Virus record (IMG/VR): IMGVR_UViG_3300047548_000593
Direction: 5' to 3' (one strand)
Length of the DNA: 64,000 bases
From: an uncultured virus (IMG/VR IMGVR_UViG_3300047548_000593)
Lineage: Duplodnaviria > Heunggongvirae > Uroviricota > Caudoviricetes
A model generated the notes under the pieces. The model did no database searches, was not told the DNA's origin, and was given only the letters and a program-made list of their open reading frames with translations. The translations under genes and the position numbers were made by a program. Shown here one piece after another: positions 28,807 through 37,384 of this stretch (position 1 is the stretch's first letter; each line of letters begins with the position of its first letter).

Positions 28807-29559
28807 ATGCAGCAAGCACCTCAAAAGCAAAGAGTCAAGGGACAAAAGCGAGACTCTACAAAAATCAAAGAGAAGTTCCTTCACGAGAGAGAAGAAGCTA
28901 TTAAAGCTAATCCTCTTAGACCTTTGAATCAAAAGCAAGCTGAGTATATTAAACTCCTTGAAACAAAGCCAATTGTTGTTGCTACTGGTTATGCTGGAAC
29001 CTCTAAGTCATATATTCCTACTGTAATGGCAGCCGATAGGTTTAAATTAGGTCAAATCAATAAGATCATCGTTACCCGTCCTGCTATTAGCTCTAGTAAA
29101 TCTGTAGGCTTCTTTACTGGAAGTCATACCGAAAAGATGCAAGTATGGCTAGCTCCTGTCGTAAGTATCCTAAAGGAACGCCTAGGAGTAGCAGCATACG
29201 AAATCGCTCTAGCACAACAAGATATTGAATTTCTTCCTCTAGAAGTTGTTAAGGGTTTGTCTGTGAACGATGCCTTTATGCTCTGTGAAGAATCCTCTGA
29301 TCTTACAAAAGAAGAAGTCATTAAGCTAGTTACTCGTATGGGTAAGAACTCTTGTCTTGTCTTAGCTGGTGACGTAAGGCAGTCTGAACTCAAAGAGCAG
29401 TCTGGTCTATCTTGGCTAGCTGACTTTATTGAAAGACACAATATGCAGGATGTCTTTGGACACATTGACTTTAACTCTACCGACGATATTGTTCGCTCTG
29501 ATGCAGTAAAGCGCTTTATCATTGGTATTACACGAGATGAAAGAAAGGGGATCAAATGA
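28807..29559 (+). CDS. phoH: PhoH-like ATPase
   Basis: GYAGTSKS, IIVTRPA, VTRMGKNS, GDVRQS and DIVRS motifs. Confidence 0.93.
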   Translation: MQQAPQKQRVKGQKRDSTKIKEKFLHEREEAIKANPLRPLNQKQAEYIKLLETKPIVVATGYAGTSKSYIPTVMAADRFKLGQINKIIVTRPAISSSKSVGFFTGSHTEKMQVWLAPVVSILKERLGVAAYEIALAQQDIEFLPLEVVKGLSVNDAFMLCEESSDLTKEEVIKLVTRMGKNSCLVLAGDVRQSELKEQSGLSWLADFIERHNMQDVFGHIDFNSTDDIVRSDAVKRFIIGITRDERKGIK

Positions 29560-30233
29560 ACTTCAAATCAAACTTCAAACTAACTAACCGTAACAAACTA
29601 GATGACGACGAGGAAGGATTTATTCAATTGCAACAAAATCAACAATTCCTTCCTTACTTTGAAAATACTCAAACAACTCGGATGATCAAAGCCTTCCTAG
29701 ACGAAGAGATCAAACCTGCAAAGTACTATCGTCCTCTCATCAATGCTATCGAGACTCTTGGAGAAGGGGATCTAGTCTACCTGAGTGTAAACAGCTACGG
29801 TGGTTACCTAGATGGAGCCATTGCTTTAATCAACGCTATGCACTCTACAGACGCTAATGTTCATTGCTGTATCGACGGTACGGCTGCTTCAGCAGCTAGC
29901 CTAATTGCTCTAGCTTCTCCTAGCGTTAGCGTTTCACCTTATGCCAGTATGATGATTCATGCAGCTACTTTCGGTAGTTTCGGTAAGCAGTCAGATGTTA
30001 TCTCTCACGCTAGTTTCGTAGACAAGCAAGTCAAAAGCCTAATGCACGACATCTACAAGGACTTCCTAACCGAACAGGAATTCCAAGAAGTTATGCTAGG
30101 TAAAGAAGTCTGGTTTGATTCCGAAGAGATTATCCAGAGACTAGAGCGCAGAGCTGAGTTACAAAAGAAAAGAGCCTTAGCACAAGAGAAAGAAGCCAAG
30201 AAAGCTAAATCAACTCTAAAGAAGTCAGACTAA
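29556..30233 (+). CDS. ClpP-like peptidase (S14)
   Basis: VNSYGG, AASAASLI and MMIH motifs. Confidence 0.9.
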   Translation: MNFKSNFKLTNRNKLDDDEEGFIQLQQNQQFLPYFENTQTTRMIKAFLDEEIKPAKYYRPLINAIETLGEGDLVYLSVNSYGGYLDGAIALINAMHSTDANVHCCIDGTAASAASLIALASPSVSVSPYASMMIHAATFGSFGKQSDVISHASFVDKQVKSLMHDIYKDFLTEQEFQEVMLGKEVWFDSEEIIQRLERRAELQKKRALAQEKEAKKAKSTLKKSD

Positions 30234-30246
30234 AATTAGAAATTCT

Positions 30247-30279
30247 ACCCCCCTCAGCTTTTAGCTTTGGGGGTTTTTT
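30247..30279 (+). terminator. intrinsic terminator
   Basis: ACCCCC..AGCT-loop-AGCT..GGGGGT followed by a T-tract. Confidence 0.7.
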
Positions 30280-30856
30280 ATTTATCTAAAATATCACCAG
30301 AGCTTAACTACTTGAAATATTTCAAACAAGCCCGTATAAGCCTTTATAGCTTATTGCTCTTACTTTACCACTAACTTTTAAAATAAACTCAACCTAGAGC
30401 GTTTTAAGCCCCTTCTTGCACCCCTAACTGTCAAATATCAAGGCTTTTATTAACTTTTGGTCTTGTTCTTAACCTGTAAGCCTGCTGTAAGCTCTTAGAT
30501 ATTTTTACGGAGGGTTTACTTCAGGTCGAGGTTAGGGTTTTTACCTTGCAGTAAGTCATGGGTGCTTGAGTGACCCGCCCCCCTATCTTCTGTTATCTGC
30601 GTCGATTTTAAAATATCTTCGGCGATTATTCTGGTGAATATGCGTTATCGTTACTGGTGGGTGGTGCCTTGGTTCTCTACGGGTTTTGCCATGGGTGACA
30701 ACTTCTAGTTTCTGCCCACGAGCGAGCGAAGCGAGCGAGAATTTTTTATTTTTCGGGGGTGTTCCTGCCTACTGGTGGCCTGCCCGGTGGTGCATCCTCT
30801 GGCGGTCAAGCTAACGGGCTGTTCCTCGGGCCTGAAATCCTGGGCCTTGAATGCGG

Positions 30857-30885
30857 AAAAGCCCCAAGGGGTTAACCTCGGGGCT
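30857..30885 (-). terminator. terminator of GC-rich operon
   Basis: AGCCCC...GGGGCT-TTT on the minus strand. Confidence 0.6.
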
Positions 30886-30896
30886 GGGGCTGGGGG

Positions 30897-31004
30897 TTAC
30901 AGTCGGCGGCGTTTTCTCTGTAGGATTGCAAGCCCAGCAAGGGCAAAGCAAGCAAGCCAAGCGGTAAGCCAAGCGCTGAGGATGGCGACAATCGCGGTTT
31001 TCAT
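30897..31004 (-). CDS. 35-aa membrane peptide
   Basis: MKTAIVAILSAWLTAWLACFALAGLAILQRKRRRL; ATGA overlap with the upstream gene. Confidence 0.5.
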   Translation of the reverse strand: MKTAIVAILSAWLTAWLACFALAGLAILQRKRRRL

Positions 31005-31777
31005 TTGACCCCCCGGCGGCTGGTGCCGTGAGCGACAATGGCGATATTTCGGGCGCGGGTGTCTGACCCGGCGCATAGTTTGCACTTGTCACATGTGACC
31101 CGCTTGCCTGCCTCGGCGCTGGCGGGGCATAGGGTTTCGGAGGCCATGAGGGTTTTTTTACCTTCGGCCTGCCAAGCCTGCACCGGGATGACCCGGAATG
31201 TCCGGTATCCCTTCGCGTGCGCCTGCTGAGCATCGGCGGCGCTGTCGGCGCTATACATCATGCGGCGGTAGGTGCCCGGGTCGTTGCGGTCGTGCTGGTG
31301 CGTGTAGGCGGTGTGCCCGGTGGCCTGACTGAGCAAAGCATCCCAAACCCCTGCTGGCACTGCGGCGGGGTCTCCATAAGTGCCGAGTCGAATCATGCGC
31401 CCCTGTCCAAGGGCGGCGATGCTGGCGGGGTCTGTTGCTTCGGGATACTTGCCCGCGCGGTAAGCCTTGAATACCTGCGTTGGGCCTTGCCCGAGGTTGA
31501 CGTAACAGGTCCGGCCGGTGGCCTGCTTGCGGGCGGGGTCGTTGGTGGGCGTGCCTCGATGGATGCAAGTCCCGCAAATACTGTAGTCTGCGCCGGTCTT
31601 GCTGGCGTCCAGCGGGTGCATGTCTGCCCGGATGATGTGCGTTTGCACCATCTGGCCGGTTTTCGCGTTGCCCGTCTTGAGAATGGCAATCACGACAATG
31701 GGCGCGCCATCGATCAGGGAGGGGCCGGAGTAAATCACGGCGTTACGGGCGCGGGGGGTTTTGCTGGTGGTTTTCAT
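31001..31777 (-). CDS. Cys-rich conserved early phage protein (Gp88/DUF7227-like)
   Basis: NAKTG, CGTCIH, CYV, RLGTYGDP, YTHQ, CPAS and TCDKCKLC motifs; likely start MKTTSK at 31777. Confidence 0.7.
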   Translation of the reverse strand: MKTTSKTPRARNAVIYSGPSLIDGAPIVVIAILKTGNAKTGQMVQTHIIRADMHPLDASKTGADYSICGTCIHRGTPTNDPARKQATGRTCYVNLGQGPTQVFKAYRAGKYPEATDPASIAALGQGRMIRLGTYGDPAAVPAGVWDALLSQATGHTAYTHQHDRNDPGTYRRMMYSADSAADAQQAHAKGYRTFRVIPVQAWQAEGKKTLMASETLCPASAEAGKRVTCDKCKLCAGSDTRARNIAIVAHGTSRRGVK

Positions 31778-31790
31778 AGTGTGATCTGGG

Positions 31791-31970
31791 TCAGTTGCTG
31801 GTTTGGTTTGCGATGGTTTCAAGCTGGGCAAGCTCTGCCCACAATTCGGCCTGTGCTGGGTCGCGGTTGAACGTGTTTCGGCGGTTTGCACCGTGTTCGT
31901 CATGGTCGCCATCGAGCAAGTCAAGGGCGGCAAGGATGTCAAGGTAACGCGCGGTTTGTTGGTCGTTCAT
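31791..31970 (-). CDS. hypothetical protein (59 aa)
   Basis: MNDQQTARYLDILAALDLL...; fills the gap in the operon; not in the supplied ORF track. Confidence 0.55.
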   Translation of the reverse strand: MNDQQTARYLDILAALDLLDGDHDEHGANRRNTFNRDPAQAELWAELAQLETIANQTSN

Positions 31971-31997
31971 GGTGTAGGCTCTGGTGGAGTTGGTCGG

Positions 31998-32204
31998 TCA
32001 GTCGGTGAGGGCGTTGGCCCATCGGTCAAGCTGGCCGTAGGCGGTGTCTTGGGCGTCTTCGCGGTCGTCCGTGTGGTAGTCGGCGCCGGTCTGGTGCTGG
32101 CCTGCCCGATAGAACCGAACCCGGTATTCCCCCCAGTCGGTGTCACGGTAAATTTTGGCGGTGGCGTCAGCGGCGGCGCGGTGGATGGTGCAAATGAGTC
32201 GCAT
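31998..32204 (-). CDS. hypothetical phage protein
   Basis: KIYRDTDWGEYRVRFY...YHTDDREDAQDTA. Confidence 0.65.
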   Translation of the reverse strand: MRLICTIHRAAADATAKIYRDTDWGEYRVRFYRAGQHQTGADYHTDDREDAQDTAYGQLDRWANALTD

Positions 32205-32230
32205 GGTGGGGTCTTTCGGTTGGGTTGGGG

Positions 32231-32356
32231 TTAGATTCCAAGGGCAAGCAAGGCGCCGATCAGGGCGAAGCTGGCGATTGTCACGGCGGCGGCAAGCATG
32301 GCCTGTGCGGTGCTGGGCGCTGGTGCTGGTTTGTATGTTTGCTGGTGCTGGTGCAT
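32231..32356 (-). CDS. small membrane peptide
   Basis: MHQHQQTY start and hydrophobic C-terminus. Confidence 0.45.
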   Translation of the reverse strand: MHQHQQTYKPAPAPSTAQAMLAAAVTIASFALIGALLALGI

Positions 32357-32369
32357 GGTGTGCCCCGGG

Positions 32370-32624
32370 TTAGTTGTGCAAGCTGAAGATTGACGCGCTG
32401 TAGGTGCCCTCGTCATACGTTCGCAAAACCCCGGCGCCGATTTGCTGGGGGGTGTCGTTCACGGCGAAAAAATCGGCGGTTCCTGCAATTCGGCGGGAGC
32501 GGTCAACAAACAAGGCCTTGCCGAAAACAAAGCCAAATTCGTCAATCGCGCGGGTCAGAATCTGAATTTCCAATGCTTGGGGGCCGTTGTAGGTGCGTCC
32601 GGTGTTGTAAGTGATGGTTTTCAT
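32370..32624 (-). CDS. hypothetical protein
   Basis: RBS AGGA; operon context. Confidence 0.65.
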   Translation of the reverse strand: MKTITYNTGRTYNGPQALEIQILTRAIDEFGFVFGKALFVDRSRRIAGTADFFAVNDTPQQIGAGVLRTYDEGTYSASIFSLHN

Positions 32625-32667
32625 GATGCTGGGTTCCTATGGAAAGCCCCCCGAAGGGGGCGGGGGG

Positions 32668-32883
32668 TTACTTGGTGAGTTTGATTTGCCAATTGCAGGC
32701 GGCTTCGATCTGCTCTCCGTTGAGGACAACCCGGGCGGCTGATCTGATGCCCTCATATCGGGCTTGGTGCCTGTCGTAGGTGTCAACGTCAATAATGCTC
32801 TGAATAAATTTCGCTCTGGTCAATTCGAAGTCCAGATGCTCAGATTGCAATTTATTGAACATTTTAGTTTCAATTTCGGTCAT
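32668..32883 (-). CDS. hypothetical protein
   Basis: First gene after the promoter near 33014; GCCCCC-TTCG-GGGGGC hairpin follows. Confidence 0.6.
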   Translation of the reverse strand: MTEIETKMFNKLQSEHLDFELTRAKFIQSIIDVDTYDRHQARYEGIRSAARVVLNGEQIEAACNWQIKLTK

Positions 32884-33610
32884 TTTGAATACCTTTTGGT
32901 TAGAGACTTGGGTTTATGTAAACGAAAAGTTTACATAATAGAAGTCTCTGGATTGTTAATGCGCCCTTAGGGTTTCCCCTACCGCCAGTCCCCGATCGGC
33001 CCGGCATGGATGCATTGTATCATGAATTTCAGGCTGTCCTGGTGGATTTGAAAACAAACGTTTTCATTTTAGGCTTTCTAGGGGTTTTCCCTAGGTGCTT
33101 TATTTGTAACAAGATGTAACGGCGAAAAAATTGCAAACCCAGGTAGTCGTTTTATAGAAAATGAGTATTTTTGTTTCCTGCCGATTTTCACAATATGAAA
33201 AACCCTCTTGGTGACGTTTTTTTAGGGGGGCTGGTGCGGTAGTGGCTTAAACCGAAAAAACGGCTTGTAGGGCATTCTGGCGCGTTCTAGGGGCATGTAT
33301 GAAAACCCAGTGCAAAACCTAGAATCATCGTGCTGGCACGAATCTTGCCGATTAGTTCTTTGGTTTTCAATTCAATTTGAAAACAAAATGCCTACGTCCA
33401 GGCGCGTTGTATAAAAACAACAGTTCCAGGTTTGTAAGTTTCATGTAAGGATTCTATGCTATACGGGAAGATTCTACATTCTAGAATTGAGATGCTTTTC
33501 AGATTGTGAAACGTCATCCTACATTGTGAAATTGTAATAAATTGTAGAATAATTTTACATTGTGAAAACCCGTCTTACATTATGAAATCATACTCGATTG
33601 TAGAATTGAT

Positions 33611-33733
33611 TATAAGGTCGCCTGATATAAGGTCGCCTGATATAAGGTCGCCTGATATAAGGTCGCCTGATATAAGGTCGCCTGATATAAGGTCGCCTGA
33701 TATAAGGTCGCCTGATATAAGGTCGCCTGATAT
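33611..33733. repeat. 8 perfect tandem copies of 15-bp TATAAGGTCGCCTGA
   Basis: Read directly from the sequence. Confidence 0.97.
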
Positions 33734-33805
33734 TCAGCGGTTTCTGGAGTTCACGGCACTTTCCGGCTATCGGCAGTTGAGTCCATGAGAAAGCTCGGAA
33801 GCTAG

Positions 33806-33906
33806 ACCCCCAAGGGTTTTTTAATCAAAAAACAGATTGCTAACCCCCAAGGGTTTTTTAATCAAAAAACAGATTGCTAACCCCCAAGGGTTTTTTAATC
33901 AAAAAA
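33806..33906. repeat. about 2.7 tandem copies of 37-bp ACCCCCAAGGGTTTTTTAATCAAAAAACAGATTGCTA
   Basis: Units start at 33806, 33843 and 33880. Confidence 0.95.
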
Positions 33907-33952
33907 AATCCCCTGCCAAAAGGCAAGGGAAAAACCACAAACACCACCAAAA

Positions 33953-34366
33953 TCAAATCAATTCATATGGCTTGTTGTACTTGCCAATCGAGATGCCAAT
34001 GTACCAGCCTACATCGAAATAATCGCTCTGGATGTCACTCCGGTCATGGTTGCCTTCTTTCATCGCTCCTACGAGCTTCTGGAGGGCTTCTAGGGGCATT
34101 CCTGAGAAGTGCTCTTGATACCAGTAGGGATTGATGTCTACATACTGATTTTCTGCAACACCATTCAGATGGTTCTTTTCGTAATCGTGCATTACCTTGA
34201 CAGTTTCAAGATAGTTGCCAATAAAGTCAATCTTTCCAGAGGTAATGGTCAGCTTCATGGTGTAGCCATTGGTGCCAGACAGCGATCCCTTCAGACCGTA
34301 CTCTTTGAGAATAGCCTTGATGACCGGCTTTTTGCTTTCGAGATTTTCTTTGGTAACCCATGCCAT
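33953..34366 (-). CDS. conserved early phage protein (SDxxxDYFD motif, LPD29-like)
   Basis: DRSDIQSDYFDVGWY motif; start MAWVTK with RBS AAGGAG. Confidence 0.7.
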   Translation of the reverse strand: MAWVTKENLESKKPVIKAILKEYGLKGSLSGTNGYTMKLTITSGKIDFIGNYLETVKVMHDYEKNHLNGVAENQYVDINPYWYQEHFSGMPLEALQKLVGAMKEGNHDRSDIQSDYFDVGWYIGISIGKYNKPYELI

Positions 34367-34376
34367 GATTCTCTCC

Positions 34377-34604
34377 TTATTCGCGCCAGAAGCTGGAAGG
34401 CATATCGGTGCCACCCGGAAGGCTCATGTACTCATAGAAATAATGACTACCTGCGGCGATGTTCATTGGGGCATCCAGACTGCCAAAATCAAAGGGGGTG
34501 TAGCAACTGAAACCACCCTGAGCTTCTTTCTCAGCGATGACAGCCTCGCGGTAGGCTGGGTTCATGTTGCGAATGTTGAAATCCATGTAGGAAGCGGTGA
34601 GCAT
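34377..34604 (-). CDS. hypothetical protein
   Basis: RBS AGGAG. Confidence 0.65.
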   Translation of the reverse strand: MLTASYMDFNIRNMNPAYREAVIAEKEAQGGFSCYTPFDFGSLDAPMNIAAGSHYFYEYMSLPGGTDMPSSFWRE

Positions 34605-34618
34605 AATAGACTCCTGAG

Positions 34619-34768
34619 TTAGTTGGAAGACGTATCGGCAGTCAGCGAAAGGATGGCGTCAGCAACAGACCACTCTTCGGCCTTGAGGTATTCAAGGGCA
34701 GTTTCGTAGTCACAGCCGGTGACACTGACAACAATGTGAATACGGGTCTTGCGTTCTGCTCGGGTCAT
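34619..34768 (-). CDS. 49-aa UBA-like three-helix protein
   Basis: MTRAERKTRIHIVVSVTGCDYETALEYLKAEEWSVADAILSL; RBS AAGGA; own promoter. Confidence 0.6.
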   Translation of the reverse strand: MTRAERKTRIHIVVSVTGCDYETALEYLKAEEWSVADAILSLTADTSSN

Positions 34769-34813
34769 GATAATTTCCTTTGGTTCGTTGGAGACTTGAT
34801 TGTACAGCAGATT

Positions 34814-35065
34814 TTAGGCTTGTGCGCGTTGCTCGTAATATTTTTTCTTGTTGCGATACTCTTCTTCGTAGGTCAAGTTCAGGTTGTCGTAGAACTCGAT
34901 GGATTCCAGAATAGCCTGCTTCAGGTCTTCACCAGTCTTGCTGGCAATGGCTTCACGGATGCGAACAAGGCAATCCGAATAGGAGTTGCATTGATTGGCA
35001 AGGGTGCCGATCATCAGGCTGTTCGTGATTTCGATCAGAGTGTCTTTGGTGATTTGAGCAGTCAT
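34814..35065 (-). CDS. hypothetical protein
   Basis: Downstream of the promoter near 35100. Confidence 0.65.
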   Translation of the reverse strand: MTAQITKDTLIEITNSLMIGTLANQCNSYSDCLVRIREAIASKTGEDLKQAILESIEFYDNLNLTYEEEYRNKKKYYEQRAQA

Positions 35066-35149
35066 GTTGGGCTTTCAGGTTTGTTGTTGCGATGGAAGAA
35101 TTCTAGCAGAGTTTTTTAGCTTGTGCGTAAAACCCTGCTTTCTGAAGGG

Positions 35150-35431
35150 TTACTTTCGATCTGTGCCTTTGGCAAGCACCAGCTTTTCTTCCTCGACAAG
35201 AAAGGTCACACCAGCAGGGCGAATTTCATTCAGGAATTGCACTGCACGATCAGATACGACAGCGTGCTGAACCTTGCCACCGTACTTGACACGGCTTTCA
35301 GTAACGAAGCCAGACACCACAGCTTCACCAAGGTACAGGGCCACAACGTACTGACCTTCGCGGCAGAAGTTGCCATTGCTGTTGGTCTTGCAGATCATGT
35401 TGAAGTTGGTGCGCTTTTGAGTGCTTTGCAT
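35150..35431 (-). CDS. hypothetical protein
   Basis: Start MQSTQK with RBS GAGG; promoter near 35460. Confidence 0.65.
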   Translation of the reverse strand: MQSTQKRTNFNMICKTNSNGNFCREGQYVVALYLGEAVVSGFVTESRVKYGGKVQHAVVSDRAVQFLNEIRPAGVTFLVEEEKLVLAKGTDRK

Positions 35432-35511
35432 GATAAAGTCCTCTGTTGAAGAGCCTTCAGTATAGCAGAGATTTTTCACCTCTGCCTATACCCGACAAAA
35501 GAAAAGGGTTA

Positions 35512-35778
35512 TTAGAAAATCTCGATCCACTCAGAGCAGTCGGTCTTCGAATCAACGACTTGATAAGCTACACAGCGAATCGAGCACATTTCATTGTCAT
35601 CTTCCCAATCATAGATGTTGATATCGATCTTGCCTGCAAGCTCAGGCAGGGTTTCATCGATGGTATACCAATCATCGCCATCATAATCGGCACCATCTAG
35701 AATGTCCATGAGTTTTTCATTGGCCCAGATGGTGACTTGTTTGATTTGCTCAGGGGTCAGGGTGTTGAGGAAGTTCAT
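35512..35778 (-). CDS. acidic hypothetical protein
   Basis: RBS GGAG; own promoter. Confidence 0.7.
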   Translation of the reverse strand: MNFLNTLTPEQIKQVTIWANEKLMDILDGADYDGDDWYTIDETLPELAGKIDINIYDWEDDNEMCSIRCVAYQVVDSKTDCSEWIEIF

Positions 35779-35856
35779 TTGATTCTCCAGTTGAAGAGCC
35801 TCTAGTATACCACAGGAAAAGAGCCTGCCAGAAAAACCTAGCAGACTCTGGGGTTA

Positions 35857-36228
35857 TTATCGATAACGAGTATCCACGACACGGAAGGATAGCTCAAGGT
35901 ACAGATCGCCATCCATGTCTTTGTAGATGCTAGCCGTGAAGCCACCAGTGGCAATGCTGTAATGCCCCGGAATCTCACCATAGTACTCATAGGCTTCATC
36001 AGTGTAATTCACAGCATCGTTCAGAAGACGATAGGCAGTTTTCCTGATTTCCTCTACGGTAGGACTTTTGCCAAGCCACTTCCAATCGAGGGCTTGCATT
36101 GTCTTATGAACTCGGTCGAAATCAGTGCGCTTCATGATGTCATCGATCTGCTTGTACAGGTTAGCCTTGAGGCCATCCAGATCGGCGTCAAACATGTCGA
36201 TTGTAAAGGTGTCGTGAGCTTGTTTCAC
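35857..36228 (-). CDS. hypothetical protein
   Basis: GTG start after GGAG; FDRVHKTMQALDWKW...IATGGF. Confidence 0.7.
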   Translation of the reverse strand: MKQAHDTFTIDMFDADLDGLKANLYKQIDDIMKRTDFDRVHKTMQALDWKWLGKSPTVEEIRKTAYRLLNDAVNYTDEAYEYYGEIPGHYSIATGGFTASIYKDMDGDLYLELSFRVVDTRYR

Positions 36229-36307
36229 AGGAACTCCAAAAGTTTGGTTGAGGGTTAGAGTATACAACAGAAAACCCTCTGGAATAATACCAGAGGGCTT
36301 TGTGGGG

Positions 36308-36856
36308 TTATTTCAGCTTGGGGCGTTGGATGATGGTCTGCTTGACACCATCACGGACGTTGTGCTTGCCTACGGTAGCCTCCAGCTTCACGGAATCGCC
36401 CTCGCAGACATCGTACAGCGACTTGCTGTTGCCACGGTAGATCAGGACGTTCTTTGCTTCGTCTTCGAAGATGAAGATGTAGCTGGTGCCATATACAGTG
36501 CTGATTGGGATGATCTTGCGAACAGCAACATCAACGGTCAGCTTCTCGCCCTCTTGACCCAGCCACTGACGGTTGGCATTCAGAGCTTGCTTGTCCTCTT
36601 CACGCTTCTGGATGCGTGCCTTAGCCTTTTCAAAGCCTGCACGAGCGACCATGACCTGCTTCTCGGTCAGCTTGCCAAAATGATTAAAGGCATCATACAG
36701 CGAAGCGTAGAAGGTGCTGAAGCTGGCTTGACCAGCGATGAAGGAGATAAGATCTTCCGCATCAGGATAGGTGCGGTAGAAGGTCTTTTGGGCATTCATG
36801 ATGATGTACGAATGCACGGCGTTGTCGTAGGCGGCTTGGTTGTAGATTGCAGTCAT
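36308..36856 (-). CDS. conserved phage protein with probable C-terminal OB fold
   Basis: GKLTEKQ...WLGQEGEK...YGTSYIFIFED...EATVGKH..RDGVKQTIIQRPK. Confidence 0.7.
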   Translation of the reverse strand: MTAIYNQAAYDNAVHSYIIMNAQKTFYRTYPDAEDLISFIAGQASFSTFYASLYDAFNHFGKLTEKQVMVARAGFEKAKARIQKREEDKQALNANRQWLGQEGEKLTVDVAVRKIIPISTVYGTSYIFIFEDEAKNVLIYRGNSKSLYDVCEGDSVKLEATVGKHNVRDGVKQTIIQRPKLK

Positions 36857-36965
36857 GATCGAATCCTTCTGGTGGTTAGTTGGTGAAGGAAGTATAGCAC
36901 AGAAAAAATCCCGCAAGGAATAACCCTGCGGGAAGTGAGGTTTTAACCTAAGCCTTGACTACCGA

Positions 36966-37181
36966 TCAATTTTCAGGTAGAGACATGACCTTTTCAATTG
37001 TGCTAGACAGTTCGACAAGATCTGCACAATACAAACTATCCTGCCTGTAATTACCACCAGCATCATTTCCACGGACTCTGAGCAAATAGCCGTTGTTGAT
37101 TTTCTCAATCTCTGCTGTCGAGTTTCGCTCGGCAATAGTGAGATATTCAAATGCTGATTTATTTTCAGATTGTTTTTTCAT
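36966..37181 (-). CDS. hypothetical protein
   Basis: RBS AAGGAG. Confidence 0.65.
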   Translation of the reverse strand: MKKQSENKSAFEYLTIAERNSTAEIEKINNGYLLRVRGNDAGGNYRQDSLYCADLVELSSTIEKVMSLPEN

Positions 37182-37383
37182 TGGTTTTCTCCTTTACAAA
37201 ATAAAAACGATTTTCTTTCCGGTTTTCAATGAAATCGTCAACAGGTTGTGAATATACCTCGACAATATATGGATTTAGTACAAGTCCAAAAGAATGAACT
37301 GCATTTTCCAAATCTTCTTTGGTATTGAAAACACGACTCCATTCGTGATTGTTACTGAACTTCCAGTGCAATATGTATGACAT
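37165..37383 (-). CDS. hypothetical protein
   Basis: Start MSYILHW adjacent to the upstream stop. Confidence 0.6.
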   Translation of the reverse strand: MSYILHWKFSNNHEWSRVFNTKEDLENAVHSFGLVLNPYIVEVYSQPVDDFIENRKENRFYFVKEKTNEKTI

Positions 37384-37384
37384 T

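Noticed and set aside
30718..30740. CGAGCGAGCGAAGCGAGCGAG as a single-strand priming signal
   Set aside because: A single short occurrence; it contains the stable GCGAAGC mini-hairpin but nothing else supports a function.
31778..31942. N-terminal extension of the 313-aa ORF in the track
   Set aside because: It overlaps a better 59-aa ORF (31791-31970), and the motif-bearing part begins at ATG 31777.
33582..33788. ORF with (IRSPD)8 repeats
   Set aside because: A by-product of the 15-bp DNA repeat; no RBS, and opposite to the local coding strand.
33611..33906. Possible CRISPR array
   Set aside because: The repeats are head-to-tail with no unique spacers, and no cas genes are seen.
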